DNA from: a virus
Lineage: Duplodnaviria; Heunggongvirae; Uroviricota; Caudoviricetes; Herelleviridae
Direction: 5' to 3' (one strand)
DNA: 61,208 nt
Virus record (IMG/VR): IMGVR_UViG_2706796076_000001
The position numbers and the translations under genes were made by a program. The notes beneath the pieces were generated by a model. It was not told the origin of the DNA. It saw only the letters and a program-made list of their open reading frames with translations, and ran no database searches. Each line of letters opens with the position of its first letter. The stretch's first letter is position 1. Positions 27,974 to 38,265 of this stretch are shown here, in pieces.

Positions 27974-28882
27974 ATGATACAAGAAATTAATATTAAAGTA
28001 ACAAATTTAATAGATAATGTATATAATTTTTATCAAGTAACTAATGATATTATATCTTATAAGAATCAAAAACTATTTGATTTTTGTACACATGAATTTG
28101 CTATAGATAGAGGTAGAGCACGACCATATCCTGGTGTTATATCAGGTATGGTTGTTTCTAAAGTGAATGTTGGAGAAGAGGATATTATAGGGGATGAAGC
28201 GACTGTAAAAGCTAATTTCTTAGTATCACATTATGTTCATAGAGATGTGGAATATTATAATTCTTTAATAAAATATTTTATAGTAGTTAAATTAATCTAT
28301 AGTGAAAAATATGAAGAGTGGTATGTTGATGATTTAACTGAAGATTACGAAGTTCAAAAAAGTAGTTATGATGAAGGTATATCTGTAATTAATACAGAAC
28401 CTATAGATAATGCTGTTAAAATGATTCAAGATAATATAGATAATTTTGATAATATTAATTATATGTTTAAAGGTAAAACTTCTAACAATCCTTTATTTTT
28501 AGATGATAATTATTATGTAGATTCCTTTAATTTAATATATTGGATTTTATATACAAATGGAGTAGATGTTAATTATAGATTTGGATTAGATTACTTGCTT
28601 TCTTCTACAACATTTGATACAATATTTAATAAAGGATACAAATATGAAACTATGAAGGAAGAATTTAGACAAGGAGATATATTATTCTTCAATAAAAATG
28701 ATTCTTTTATAGGTTTATACTTAGGAGACAATCAATTCTTTTCAATTTTAGGAGAGTTTCCTAAAGATGACATACATCCTAAAATTTTTTCACTTGATGA
28801 TTATTGGGATAAATTTAATGGTAGAGTGTTAAGAGTAAAAATAAAAGATTACTTAGAAGAAGATACAGAAGAAGGTGAGTAG
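27974..28882 (+). CDS. NlpC/P60-like tail protein, apparently lacking catalytic residues
   Basis: GDILFF...IGLYLGDNQF; no Cys or His at the expected positions. Confidence 0.75.
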   Translation: MIQEINIKVTNLIDNVYNFYQVTNDIISYKNQKLFDFCTHEFAIDRGRARPYPGVISGMVVSKVNVGEEDIIGDEATVKANFLVSHYVHRDVEYYNSLIKYFIVVKLIYSEKYEEWYVDDLTEDYEVQKSSYDEGISVINTEPIDNAVKMIQDNIDNFDNINYMFKGKTSNNPLFLDDNYYVDSFNLIYWILYTNGVDVNYRFGLDYLLSSTTFDTIFNKGYKYETMKEEFRQGDILFFNKNDSFIGLYLGDNQFFSILGEFPKDDIHPKIFSLDDYWDKFNGRVLRVKIKDYLEEDTEEGE

Positions 28883-28884
28883 TA

Positions 28885-31038
28885 GTGGTAGTACGATTAC
28901 AATCGTCATTAGGAAGTAATGTTAAGCAAGTAGATGCTGATGATTTTAATATAAATAATTTATACTTAGCTAAAATAACTAAAGTAAATTATAAATATCA
29001 AACAGTGGAATTTCAAACTAAAAATACGTATGCAGGTCAAGTTAAAGGTTCAGATGGTAAATATTCAGCACCTATACCAAAAAGTTTTATCGGTAAAACA
29101 CCTGAAGGGGTTTATTTTGGTGAAGTACCACTTGTTACTCCAGGTTCTACAGCTCTTGTAGGATTTATTAATGGAGAAGGTAGTAGACCTATAGTACTAA
29201 ATGTATATGGTGATTCAGATGTCAATAAACTCATAACACCCACACCTATAGATAGTGGAGATTTTTCTAATGAGGATATTTTTAGATATGGTAGTGCTAT
29301 GTATAAATTATATCCATCATTAACATATGATTTTATAGATGGTGAAGGTACTGTAATAAAAACATTTAACGGTAAATCTTTCTTTACAATAAACTCTAAT
29401 GAAGATGAGCAAGAACAAGCAACAGACTTCTACACAGGAACCAGTTATGGTGATTTATATCCATCACATGATAGAAGAGGAGACTTAGTAGAACCACGAA
29501 ATCAAAGAGCACCTAAAATGCTATTTAAACATCAAGGAGATATAGGAGAAGATAATCACATTACTACAATATTTATTGGTGAAGATGGTACTTATCGGGT
29601 ATCTAATATGGATACTGAAAAACAAAAGAGAACAACTCAAGAGATTTCTAATAATAATTATAGAGTAAAACATGAAGGAGATTCTTTACTACTTGATGAA
29701 GGTCAAGTTTGGGTAGAGTATGGTATTGATTCTGAAACTAATTCATTTTATATAAAAAATGATAATAACAAATTTGAATTTACAGATAAAGGTATTCTAG
29801 TAAATGAGAGACCTATTTTAGATGCTTTAGATGATAGTATACAAAATTCATCAAAAGAGTTGGAAGAAATAAAAAAACAAATAAAAGATATAGATAATAT
29901 GCTTTCAACAGTAGGTAAAGAAAATATAGAAGAGCTCATAAGAGATACTAAAAATGCGATAGAAGTATCTAAAAAAGCTACAGATGATGTTAATCTTATG
30001 AATACTAGAATAAGTGATGTAAGTTCAAGAGCAGAAGGAATAATACAACAGTTCCAAGATTTTAGAGATAAGACCTATAAAGAATTCTATGAAGACGCAT
30101 CAAAAGTAATTAATTCTTATAACCAAGAGTTTGAACCACTAAAAAATGATGTTACTACTATAAAGAAAAAGATAAATTCTTATGATACGAATGATTTACC
30201 TGATATATATGAAAGACTTAATACAATAGAGAGTAAATCATTTAACACAGATAGCTCAAAAGAGGCTAGTCATGAGGAGCGTATTAATAACTTAGAGAAT
30301 AATTATACAACAATAAATAGTACTGTAGATTATATTGATAAATTATCGAGAAGTTTAAATGATAAGAAAATACCTAGTTTAGAGGGCAGAATATACACTT
30401 TAGAAAAAGGTAGCAATAATTCATCAAATGCTATATCCTTTTTTAACTCCTTAGGTTATGAAGGTAGCATTAATGAATTGCTAGGTTTCATAGAAAATGA
30501 TAAACTTATAAGTAAAGACGTTGGTATAGAATTTAAAAGAAACTCAACGGAATCATACAAAGGTAGAGACTATGGAGTAGATGAGCCTATATATGATTTA
30601 AACGGGTTACTTATTAGAAATACAAAATCTGAAACAGCTACTATTAAATTAGATAAATATATTAATACCGAAGCTACCTGTTATTTTACTTTTGAATCTT
30701 CAAATAGAAGAATGTCTAAACAAGTGTTGTTAGAGATGTCTACATTAAAATTTGGTATAGATGAAGATTTTAACTTTTATGTAGATGTAAATGGTAAAAC
30801 ATTTACATATAATACAAGTTGGAATCCAGCGTCTTGGAAAAGTTATGATATTGTGTTAAAATGGTCTAATAATAGTAACACTGTAACTTTATTTGTTAAT
30901 AATAGTAATTCTGGATTCTTAGACTTTGGAGGGTATAAAATGCCTGATACAAAAGAAATAAAGTTGAATACTGAATTTGATGGTGCAGTAAAAGAAATAT
31001 ATGTGTATGATAAGTATATTAAAGATAGATACATTTAA
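28885..31038 (+). CDS. Baseplate spike-like protein (GTG start) with coiled coil and C-terminal LamG-like domain
   Basis: VVRLQSSLGS...YLAKITKVNY N-terminus as in K-like baseplate proteins; C-terminal YDIVLKW...VTLFVN...FDGAVKEIYVYD. Confidence 0.75.
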   Translation: MVVRLQSSLGSNVKQVDADDFNINNLYLAKITKVNYKYQTVEFQTKNTYAGQVKGSDGKYSAPIPKSFIGKTPEGVYFGEVPLVTPGSTALVGFINGEGSRPIVLNVYGDSDVNKLITPTPIDSGDFSNEDIFRYGSAMYKLYPSLTYDFIDGEGTVIKTFNGKSFFTINSNEDEQEQATDFYTGTSYGDLYPSHDRRGDLVEPRNQRAPKMLFKHQGDIGEDNHITTIFIGEDGTYRVSNMDTEKQKRTTQEISNNNYRVKHEGDSLLLDEGQVWVEYGIDSETNSFYIKNDNNKFEFTDKGILVNERPILDALDDSIQNSSKELEEIKKQIKDIDNMLSTVGKENIEELIRDTKNAIEVSKKATDDVNLMNTRISDVSSRAEGIIQQFQDFRDKTYKEFYEDASKVINSYNQEFEPLKNDVTTIKKKINSYDTNDLPDIYERLNTIESKSFNTDSSKEASHEERINNLENNYTTINSTVDYIDKLSRSLNDKKIPSLEGRIYTLEKGSNNSSNAISFFNSLGYEGSINELLGFIENDKLISKDVGIEFKRNSTESYKGRDYGVDEPIYDLNGLLIRNTKSETATIKLDKYINTEATCYFTFESSNRRMSKQVLLEMSTLKFGIDEDFNFYVDVNGKTFTYNTSWNPASWKSYDIVLKWSNNSNTVTLFVNNSNSGFLDFGGYKMPDTKEIKLNTEFDGAVKEIYVYDKYIKDRYI

Positions 31039-31058
31039 AGGAGGTTGAAGGGAACACA

Positions 31059-31727
31059 ATGGCTGATAAATATAGTTCTATGACAGAGTTATTTAAAAAT
31101 GAAGTAGAAGGTACTGATTACGAGGTTATTACTGAAGACAATGATAGTAAGGTACTCTTAACAAGTATACATGGTGGAGGTATTGAAGTAGGGTCTACTG
31201 AATTAGTAGAGGCAATAAGAGAACTAGGAAATTATAATATCTATGAGTTCAAAGGATTAAAAAGTAGTAATAATTCTAGCTTACATGTTACATCCACTAA
31301 TTATGATGCTCCTCAATTACTAGAACTTATAAAAGAAACAGATTATGCAGTTTCTATACATGGAGCATCAGGAGAAGAACCTATTTGTTATATGGGTGGT
31401 AATGATGTTAAGTTGAGAAATGCTATATGGTCTGCTTTAGAGGATATAGGTATTAAAGTACAAATATCCCCACCTAATATTATAGGTGAGAATGATGATA
31501 ATATTACAAATAGAACACGTAAATCTAAAGGTGTTCAACTAGAGTTAACAACAGCTTTAAGACAATCATTTTTTAAAAATGGAGATAGTAGAAGATTCAA
31601 AAGGGAAAATAAAGATAACTGGACTGACATAATAAAGAACATGGCAAAAGCTATACATGATACAGTTCAAGAAAGTATTAAATACGATAGTAATAATGTT
31701 ACAACAAAATATAAAGTTAATTTATAA
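31059..31727 (+). CDS. Poly-gamma-glutamate hydrolase (PghP/DUF867 family)
   Basis: SIHGGGIE, LHVTS, VSIHG and VQLEL family motifs. Confidence 0.88.
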   Translation: MADKYSSMTELFKNEVEGTDYEVITEDNDSKVLLTSIHGGGIEVGSTELVEAIRELGNYNIYEFKGLKSSNNSSLHVTSTNYDAPQLLELIKETDYAVSIHGASGEEPICYMGGNDVKLRNAIWSALEDIGIKVQISPPNIIGENDDNITNRTRKSKGVQLELTTALRQSFFKNGDSRRFKRENKDNWTDIIKNMAKAIHDTVQESIKYDSNNVTTKYKVNL

Positions 31728-31750
31728 GGCGGTTTTATACCGTCTTTTTT
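31726..31750 (+). terminator. Intrinsic terminator
   Basis: AAGGCGGT-ttta-TACCGTCTT followed by a T run. Confidence 0.7.
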
Positions 31751-31782
31751 ATTATGATGCTATATTAAAATTGATAAAGATA

Positions 31783-31811
31783 TTGCAGAAAAGATACATA
31801 TGTGGTATAAT
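31783..31811 (+). promoter_or_regulatory. Sigma70-like promoter
   Basis: TTGCAG-N17-TATAAT with extended TG; a TGCTATATTA late-like variant lies at 31758-31767. Confidence 0.6.
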
Positions 31812-31840
31812 AGTAAATATATAGAAGGAAGTGAATAAAT

Positions 31841-32638
31841 ATGCCACAAGCAGACGGTAAAAATGATTTAAAAAGAGTTGTTTTACATTTACCTTCAGAA
31901 GGAGATAAAGGCTGGTATAGATTTAAAGTTAACCCTGAAAATTATTCTATTGAAATGCCTCAACGTACGAGTGTAATAAAAACTAAATCTGATATTATTA
32001 TAGAAGATTATGGTAAAGATATAGAGGTTATTAATTTTTCAGGTACTACAGGATTTAAACCAATTATGGAAAATGGTGTAAAAAGAAACGGTAAAGATAA
32101 AATAGAGGAATTAGAACATATTATAACTAAATATGCAAAAGGTGCTGGAGATGGTAATCAACAAAGTAATACTATGTTTTTTTATAATATGACAGACGGT
32201 AGATATTATAAAGTTCATTTAGCACCACAAGGATTAAAAATTACACGTTCTAAAGATGAACCACTATTATTTAGATATGATATTACTTTAATGGTTTTAG
32301 GTGATGCTTTTGAGCCTGATAGAAATTCTATTGCAGACCCAGAGTTAGGTAATAAAGCTATAAGTTCTGAAAAAAGTTTACAAGATAAATTAAATAATTT
32401 ATATCCTTCAGCTAAAAAATCTAGGGATATTAATAATAATACTAAAGATAATAATAACAATAATAGTTCTACTAAAAGATTACCTCAAACTCAAACAGAT
32501 ACGAAACCTAAAACATATTCACCTACAGCAAATGGAAATAGAATATATAATCCAAGAAATTCAACAAATGGATTAAAAGGAAATGTGAGTAATATGGCTA
32601 TGATTATAGGTTATGGAAATGGTGGTGTAGACGCTTAA
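31841..32638 (+). CDS. Baseplate protein
   Basis: 265 aa; YRFKVNPENY...IEDYGKDIEVINFSGTTG, tube-initiator-like. Confidence 0.78.
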   Translation: MPQADGKNDLKRVVLHLPSEGDKGWYRFKVNPENYSIEMPQRTSVIKTKSDIIIEDYGKDIEVINFSGTTGFKPIMENGVKRNGKDKIEELEHIITKYAKGAGDGNQQSNTMFFYNMTDGRYYKVHLAPQGLKITRSKDEPLLFRYDITLMVLGDAFEPDRNSIADPELGNKAISSEKSLQDKLNNLYPSAKKSRDINNNTKDNNNNNSSTKRLPQTQTDTKPKTYSPTANGNRIYNPRNSTNGLKGNVSNMAMIIGYGNGGVDA

Positions 32639-33162
32639 TGAGACATGAAATTTACCAGACAGCTAGTTTATTAAGATTTTTAAATAATATAAATTTAAAT
32701 AATACAAATATTCAATATAATTTATTAGATGAGAGGATAGGATTTGTCTCAAGATACTATACACCTAATATACAATTAAGTGAATTAGCACAAAGAGTAT
32801 TAAATGATATTCAACACAATAATATTAAAACAGCAGAAAAAGATTTAAATAAAAATTCTATAGTAAATAAAATAGATAAAACAATGTTAAAAGTACAAGC
32901 ACCAAGAATTTATTTTATTTTACAAACTATAATTATGGAATCTTATGCTATTGTTAATTGCTTTGTTGAAAATATAGACTCTCTTGTATATTTAACTGAA
33001 AGAGATGTTAAAATAGCAAGAGAAAATTTAAATTATGTAGCTGATTATTTAAGTGATTATGAAGAGTATAGTAGTGTAGTAACAGACTTAAGAGAATTAG
33101 ATATTTGCTTTGGGTACATAGAATTACAACTACCTTTAATTAAGAAAGAGCGTGGATATTAA
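32638..33162 (+). CDS. Baseplate protein
   Basis: 174 aa; coupled; conserved synteny. Confidence 0.72.
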   Translation: MRHEIYQTASLLRFLNNINLNNTNIQYNLLDERIGFVSRYYTPNIQLSELAQRVLNDIQHNNIKTAEKDLNKNSIVNKIDKTMLKVQAPRIYFILQTIIMESYAIVNCFVENIDSLVYLTERDVKIARENLNYVADYLSDYEEYSSVVTDLRELDICFGYIELQLPLIKKERGY

Positions 33163-33866
33163 TGAGATTTAAAAAACATGAAGTTAGGTATAATGATACT
33201 ATGCAGGCAATATCTCAAAGATATTATGGTAGTCCAGAATACTGGATAGATTTAATTGAGCATAATAATTTAAAATATCCCTATATTGTAGACGACCATA
33301 TGTTGAAAAAAGATAACCCTGAGCATTTAGTAACTACAGGAGATTATATTATTATACCTGAATACTCTTATCTAACTAATGCTACACTAAAAGAGATTAA
33401 CAAGAAAGATAGAGATATTTTAGTAGAGATGGCTTTAGGTAGTGACTTAAATGTTACATCTAATGAAGACTACTTTAATAAACATGGTACAAGTGATGAA
33501 ATACTTAATTTTACAGAAGATAATAAAGGTGATTTAAGTACAGTTGTAGGTGTAGATAATATTAAACAACAATTACAAACGAGATTACTTACACCTAAAG
33601 GTTCATTAATATTACATCCAGATTATGGTTCTAATATACATGAATTATTTGATAAAAATATACCAGAAACAGCAGTACTTATTGAATTAGAAATAATAAG
33701 AACCTTATTATCAGATAGTAGGGTTAAAAATGTTAATACTATAGATTGGACTTTGAAAGGTAAATGCTTTTGGGGTAAGTTTTCTGTAGAGATTGAATCT
33801 GTAGAGGAATCAATAACATTTGTATTACAATCTGATGAGACAGGTATATTTGCAAGGTTTGAATAG
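33162..33866 (+). CDS. Baseplate wedge protein (LysM-like N-terminus, gp25-like C-terminus)
   Basis: DTMQAISQRYYG...W and LLTPKGSLILHPDYGS motifs. Confidence 0.85.
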   Translation: MRFKKHEVRYNDTMQAISQRYYGSPEYWIDLIEHNNLKYPYIVDDHMLKKDNPEHLVTTGDYIIIPEYSYLTNATLKEINKKDRDILVEMALGSDLNVTSNEDYFNKHGTSDEILNFTEDNKGDLSTVVGVDNIKQQLQTRLLTPKGSLILHPDYGSNIHELFDKNIPETAVLIELEIIRTLLSDSRVKNVNTIDWTLKGKCFWGKFSVEIESVEESITFVLQSDETGIFARFE

Positions 33867-33879
33867 GAGAGGTATATAA

Positions 33880-34926
33880 ATGAAAACAAGAAAGCTAACA
33901 GATATATTATCTAGAATGATAGATAAGACAATGATTGCAACAAGTAAAGTATCAGATTTTACTCCAGGTTCAGCAGTACGTTCATTGTTAGAGGCTATCG
34001 CTCTTGAATTAGAACAATATTATATATTAACAAAAGAAAATATTGAGTGGGGTATAGAAGAAGGGATAGTAGAAGCTTTTGATTTCACAAAAAGACGTGA
34101 AAGAAGAGCATATGGTGATGTGACTATTAGATTTTATAATCCATTAGAAGAAACTATGTATATTCCCAGAGGAACTACTTTTACTTCTACACGACAGCAA
34201 TATACACAACAATTTGAAACTTTAGTCGATTACTATGTAACAGAAGGTTCAACAGAAGCTAAAGTAGAAGTATATGCTAAAGAGGCTGGAATTATAGGAA
34301 ACGTTCCAGAAGACACGATTAATGTTATGACATCTTCTTCAACTTTGATTAAATCAGTTAATAATGATTTATCTTTCTCTACAGGTAGAGATGAGGAAAG
34401 TCAAGAAGAATTAAAAAGAAGATTCCATATGTTTGTTGAGAGTAGAGGTAGAGCTACTAATAAATCAATTAGATACGGAGCTATGAAAGTACCTGACGTT
34501 AAAGGTGTTTATGTATACGAACAAGTAGGATTAGTAACAGTTTATGCTCATGATAATAATGGTACATTGCCTAATAATTTAATAAGTGATATTGAAGAAG
34601 CTTTGGAAGATTATAGACCTAGCGGAATTATGTTACGAGTTAGACCGACTGTAAAAACAGATGTAGATGTTGATGTTAGAGTAGTCATAACAAATAAAGC
34701 TAGAATAGGTGAAACATTACAAAGACATATCGAAAGTGTTATTAGAAGTTACTTAAATGACTTTAATGTATCGGATGATTTGATATTGGCTGATTTAACT
34801 CAAGTAATTATGAATATAGATGATTCTTTAATATATGATATTCAATTTAATAGTATTATGGGTAATATCGAAACACAACCAGAAGAGATTATTAGAGCTG
34901 GTAAGATAAATGTAACATTAGTATAG
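33880..34926 (+). CDS. Baseplate J-like wedge protein
   Basis: 348 aa; DFTPGSAVRSLLE, AGIIGNV and GRDEES motifs. Confidence 0.88.
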   Translation: MKTRKLTDILSRMIDKTMIATSKVSDFTPGSAVRSLLEAIALELEQYYILTKENIEWGIEEGIVEAFDFTKRRERRAYGDVTIRFYNPLEETMYIPRGTTFTSTRQQYTQQFETLVDYYVTEGSTEAKVEVYAKEAGIIGNVPEDTINVMTSSSTLIKSVNNDLSFSTGRDEESQEELKRRFHMFVESRGRATNKSIRYGAMKVPDVKGVYVYEQVGLVTVYAHDNNGTLPNNLISDIEEALEDYRPSGIMLRVRPTVKTDVDVDVRVVITNKARIGETLQRHIESVIRSYLNDFNVSDDLILADLTQVIMNIDDSLIYDIQFNSIMGNIETQPEEIIRAGKINVTLV

Positions 34927-34942
34927 AAAGGAGGTAAAAATT

Positions 34943-37600
34943 TTGAGTAGTTTTTTGAAAAACTTACATCCATTATTAAGAAGAAAAAAAGATAAAAATC
35001 TTAATGAAGATACAAACTATATACTACTAAACACTTTAAATGAAGAGTTAAATACGGTAGAGAGAGATACAATTGAGAGTAAATTACAATCTTCTTTAAA
35101 AAGTGCTACAGGAACGTATTTAGATAAATTTGGAGATTGGTTTGGTGTATACCGTAAAGTAGATGAGAAAGATGATAAATATAGACAAAGAATCATTAAA
35201 TACTTACTTTTAAAAAGAGGTACGAATAATGCTATTATTGAAGGTATTAAGTATTACTTAGATAGAGATGACCTTAATATTAGTATCTATGAACCATTTA
35301 AAAACATTTTTTATACTAATAAATCTGAATTAAATGGTAACGATAAGTTAATGGGTTATTACTATAGATTTGCAGTTATTAATGTCACTATAGGTAATTA
35401 CTTCCCTTTAGAAATTATAGATATTATAAATGAATTTAAACCCGCTGGAGTTAAGCTATATGTAACCTACGATGGTGGTGCTACTAATAATGGAAGCTTG
35501 ATATATCAATGGTTAAACGATGATATGAAAGTAGCAATGTATGAAGACATCATTAATTTTTATGGTTACGATGAGTTATTATACGGTCATATTAATTTAG
35601 GACTAAGAAAAACAGATAGTCTTAATTATAAATCTGTATTTATTAATAATAAAAGTTTAATCAATAGTGAAGACGTATTAACGGGTTCTTCTAATGTAGG
35701 GAGAATATTTAATAATGTTAGTATTAAGTCTTCATATAATTACACACCACAATATAATTCTTCCGTAGCAAATATAATTTCAGAATTAAAAAATAAAAGT
35801 GAAGAATTAAGTACTGATTTTTATTTATATACAAATGAAAAAAATAAAGTTAGTGTTCCAGTAACATTTAAATCTAATTCAGGTATAGAATATATTTATA
35901 ATAATTTTAATTTAAGAGATTACTTAATTAAAACTAAACCTAATTTATTGAACAAAACTAAAAGAGAAATATCTGATTATATAGGTCAAGTTGATTTCAA
36001 ACTAACTTTAAAAGCGCTATTACCTCCAGATGAATATATTAATATTGTTTTACAAATATATGATTTTGATAGAAATAGATGGAACACAATAAATTATAAT
36101 TCTGTTTCTTTTTATGAAAAGGATTATGATTTTAATATAGGGTATTTAAATGATTATTTAAATGATGATTTGAATATGTTTACTAGAATACAAGTTTATG
36201 GTTACGATGATGAAGTAACACTTGACATAAATTATTTAGATATGGTATTTTATCATTATGAAACAGGAGTCTATACAATACATCCTTATACTCCTATTAT
36301 AAGTATGTATAATGAGTTTTATGATATGTTTTATGTAGAAGCATATAAGGTGTTTAGTCCTACTAATGGAGATATTATATCTAGACCATCATATAAAAAA
36401 ATACAGTATATAAAAGTAACAGATAATAAGGATACAGATTTAAATCATGAAGAAGTTTACGGTAATTCTAATTACTTAGTTAATGATAAGTCAGTTGACG
36501 AGTATATAAAATCTATAGAAAACTATATAAAAATTACTAACTATTCTACTATTGAAGAAGAATATATACATGGAGAAATAAAAGATATAAATAAGGATAA
36601 TATCATAGAAAAAGTATATAAATTCAATGGAGTTAGAACAGACTTAAAAGATTTTAAAATTGAAATACCATATAATCCTATACCAGATTTATATATTATG
36701 ATTTCTGAAGATGGTAAATCTTGGGAAAAAGTAGCTAAGATAAATTATTCAAAAGACGAAGAAGTTAATACTACTGTAGTTAATAAAGTTGTAGATTTAT
36801 ATGGGCTTAGATTTGTAAATTACTCAGAGTTAACACCAATGTCTGAAGTTATATTAAGTTCAATAAATAATATACTTTTAGAGGATTTAACTGATGCTTC
36901 TAAAATTGTAAGTGCAATGCCTAAAAGCTATTTTAATGCATTGTGGACTGACATAGACACTGAATATTCTGTAAAAATGGATACTTTAAAAGTTATTAAT
37001 GACACAGATAATGGTATTATAGATTCATCAAGTGGAGAAATACTTAAATCTACTACATTAGATGTAAAAACATACACTTCATTAGATGATATTAACTACT
37101 CTAATCTTAAATACGTAGAAGATTTAAGATTAGGTTCACCTAGAACATTAGATGAATTAGCAAATCATCAATTCACAGATTTAAGTTACTATGTAGATAA
37201 TAATCCTAAAGTTAATTTCTTTAAAACTGAGATAAGTTTAATACCTGAAGAAAATGTAAATATATTGAGAGACAGTAATATACCTCAACCAGTATCTTAT
37301 ATAAACGGAGCTAAATATGAGTTAGAGCAACCTATTGTAAGCGGACATAAATACAAAGTAACTATTTTAGGAGAATTGTCACCAGAAGTAACAACAGTTA
37401 ACGTTGTAAATACAAACACAGATATGAGTGAAGTAGTATTCTATCCAGAAGAGATTGACAAATCACAAGGATTATTGGAAAAAGAATTTACAGCTAAAAC
37501 AACTTCTATCAGAAAAAATGAATCTATAAAAATATATACAGATGCTAATATAAATGAAGCATTTAAGATTAAGAAAATAAGTTTAGTAGAAATTGAATAA
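34943..37600 (+). CDS. Large baseplate wedge/arm protein (TTG start)
   Basis: SATGTYLDKFGDWFGVYRK...KPAGVK, a P2 gpI-like N-terminal domain. Confidence 0.8.
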   Translation: MSSFLKNLHPLLRRKKDKNLNEDTNYILLNTLNEELNTVERDTIESKLQSSLKSATGTYLDKFGDWFGVYRKVDEKDDKYRQRIIKYLLLKRGTNNAIIEGIKYYLDRDDLNISIYEPFKNIFYTNKSELNGNDKLMGYYYRFAVINVTIGNYFPLEIIDIINEFKPAGVKLYVTYDGGATNNGSLIYQWLNDDMKVAMYEDIINFYGYDELLYGHINLGLRKTDSLNYKSVFINNKSLINSEDVLTGSSNVGRIFNNVSIKSSYNYTPQYNSSVANIISELKNKSEELSTDFYLYTNEKNKVSVPVTFKSNSGIEYIYNNFNLRDYLIKTKPNLLNKTKREISDYIGQVDFKLTLKALLPPDEYINIVLQIYDFDRNRWNTINYNSVSFYEKDYDFNIGYLNDYLNDDLNMFTRIQVYGYDDEVTLDINYLDMVFYHYETGVYTIHPYTPIISMYNEFYDMFYVEAYKVFSPTNGDIISRPSYKKIQYIKVTDNKDTDLNHEEVYGNSNYLVNDKSVDEYIKSIENYIKITNYSTIEEEYIHGEIKDINKDNIIEKVYKFNGVRTDLKDFKIEIPYNPIPDLYIMISEDGKSWEKVAKINYSKDEEVNTTVVNKVVDLYGLRFVNYSELTPMSEVILSSINNILLEDLTDASKIVSAMPKSYFNALWTDIDTEYSVKMDTLKVINDTDNGIIDSSSGEILKSTTLDVKTYTSLDDINYSNLKYVEDLRLGSPRTLDELANHQFTDLSYYVDNNPKVNFFKTEISLIPEENVNILRDSNIPQPVSYINGAKYELEQPIVSGHKYKVTILGELSPEVTTVNVVNTNTDMSEVVFYPEEIDKSQGLLEKEFTAKTTSIRKNESIKIYTDANINEAFKIKKISLVEIE

Positions 37601-37666
37601 AATTTAAATCTTTAGTTGTATTTTTTACTAATTTGTGATATAATTATGTAGAAGATACAACTATAG

Positions 37667-37690
37667 TATCTGTTATATTAATTATGAATA
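37667..37690 (+). promoter_or_regulatory. Putative late promoter; 24-nt identity with 18714-18737
   Basis: TATCTGTTATATTAATTATGAATA. Confidence 0.65.
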
Positions 37691-37723
37691 TGATAAACCT
37701 TAATATGAAAGGAAATAATAAAT

Positions 37724-38245
37724 ATGGCTATAGCAACGTATAATTCACATGTAGAGTTAGCAAAATACTTAGTTAGTAAAGCTAATTCTACTTATTTAGT
37801 AGTAGGTCGTACAACACCGTGGTCTAGTGAAACTAACCCACCACAACCAAATGAGAAAACGACTTCATTACAGGAAATAATTGGATATAAGAAAACACAT
37901 AGAGCAACATTAGTAAGACCAGCACAGTCACCACAAGATGATGATAAAGAAAAAATATCTTACGGTAATAAAGATTGGGTAGTAGTTACTACAGAAAATG
38001 CTAAAGATGAAGGAGCTAAATGGGTTTATCTTGAAGCAGATGTTGTAGGTAATGAATTACCATTAGGAACGTATAGACAAATTGGTTTCGTTATTGACTT
38101 AGTCCCTAATAGTGGCGTAAGTAAACCTAACCTATTACCAAGTGAAGTAAAAGAAACAGGAACTTTAATGTATTTTGAGAACAAACAATTCCAAAACAGA
38201 ACGGAAACTACAACAGCTAAAGAGAGATGTATTATTGAAGTTTAA
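37724..38245 (+). CDS. Baseplate protein
   Basis: 173 aa, [14 protein letters not shown]... Confidence 0.8.
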   Translation: MAIATYNSHVELAKYLVSKANSTYLVVGRTTPWSSETNPPQPNEKTTSLQEIIGYKKTHRATLVRPAQSPQDDDKEKISYGNKDWVVVTTENAKDEGAKWVYLEADVVGNELPLGTYRQIGFVIDLVPNSGVSKPNLLPSEVKETGTLMYFENKQFQNRTETTTAKERCIIEV

Positions 38246-38265
38246 TAAGAAAGGAAGCATATTGA

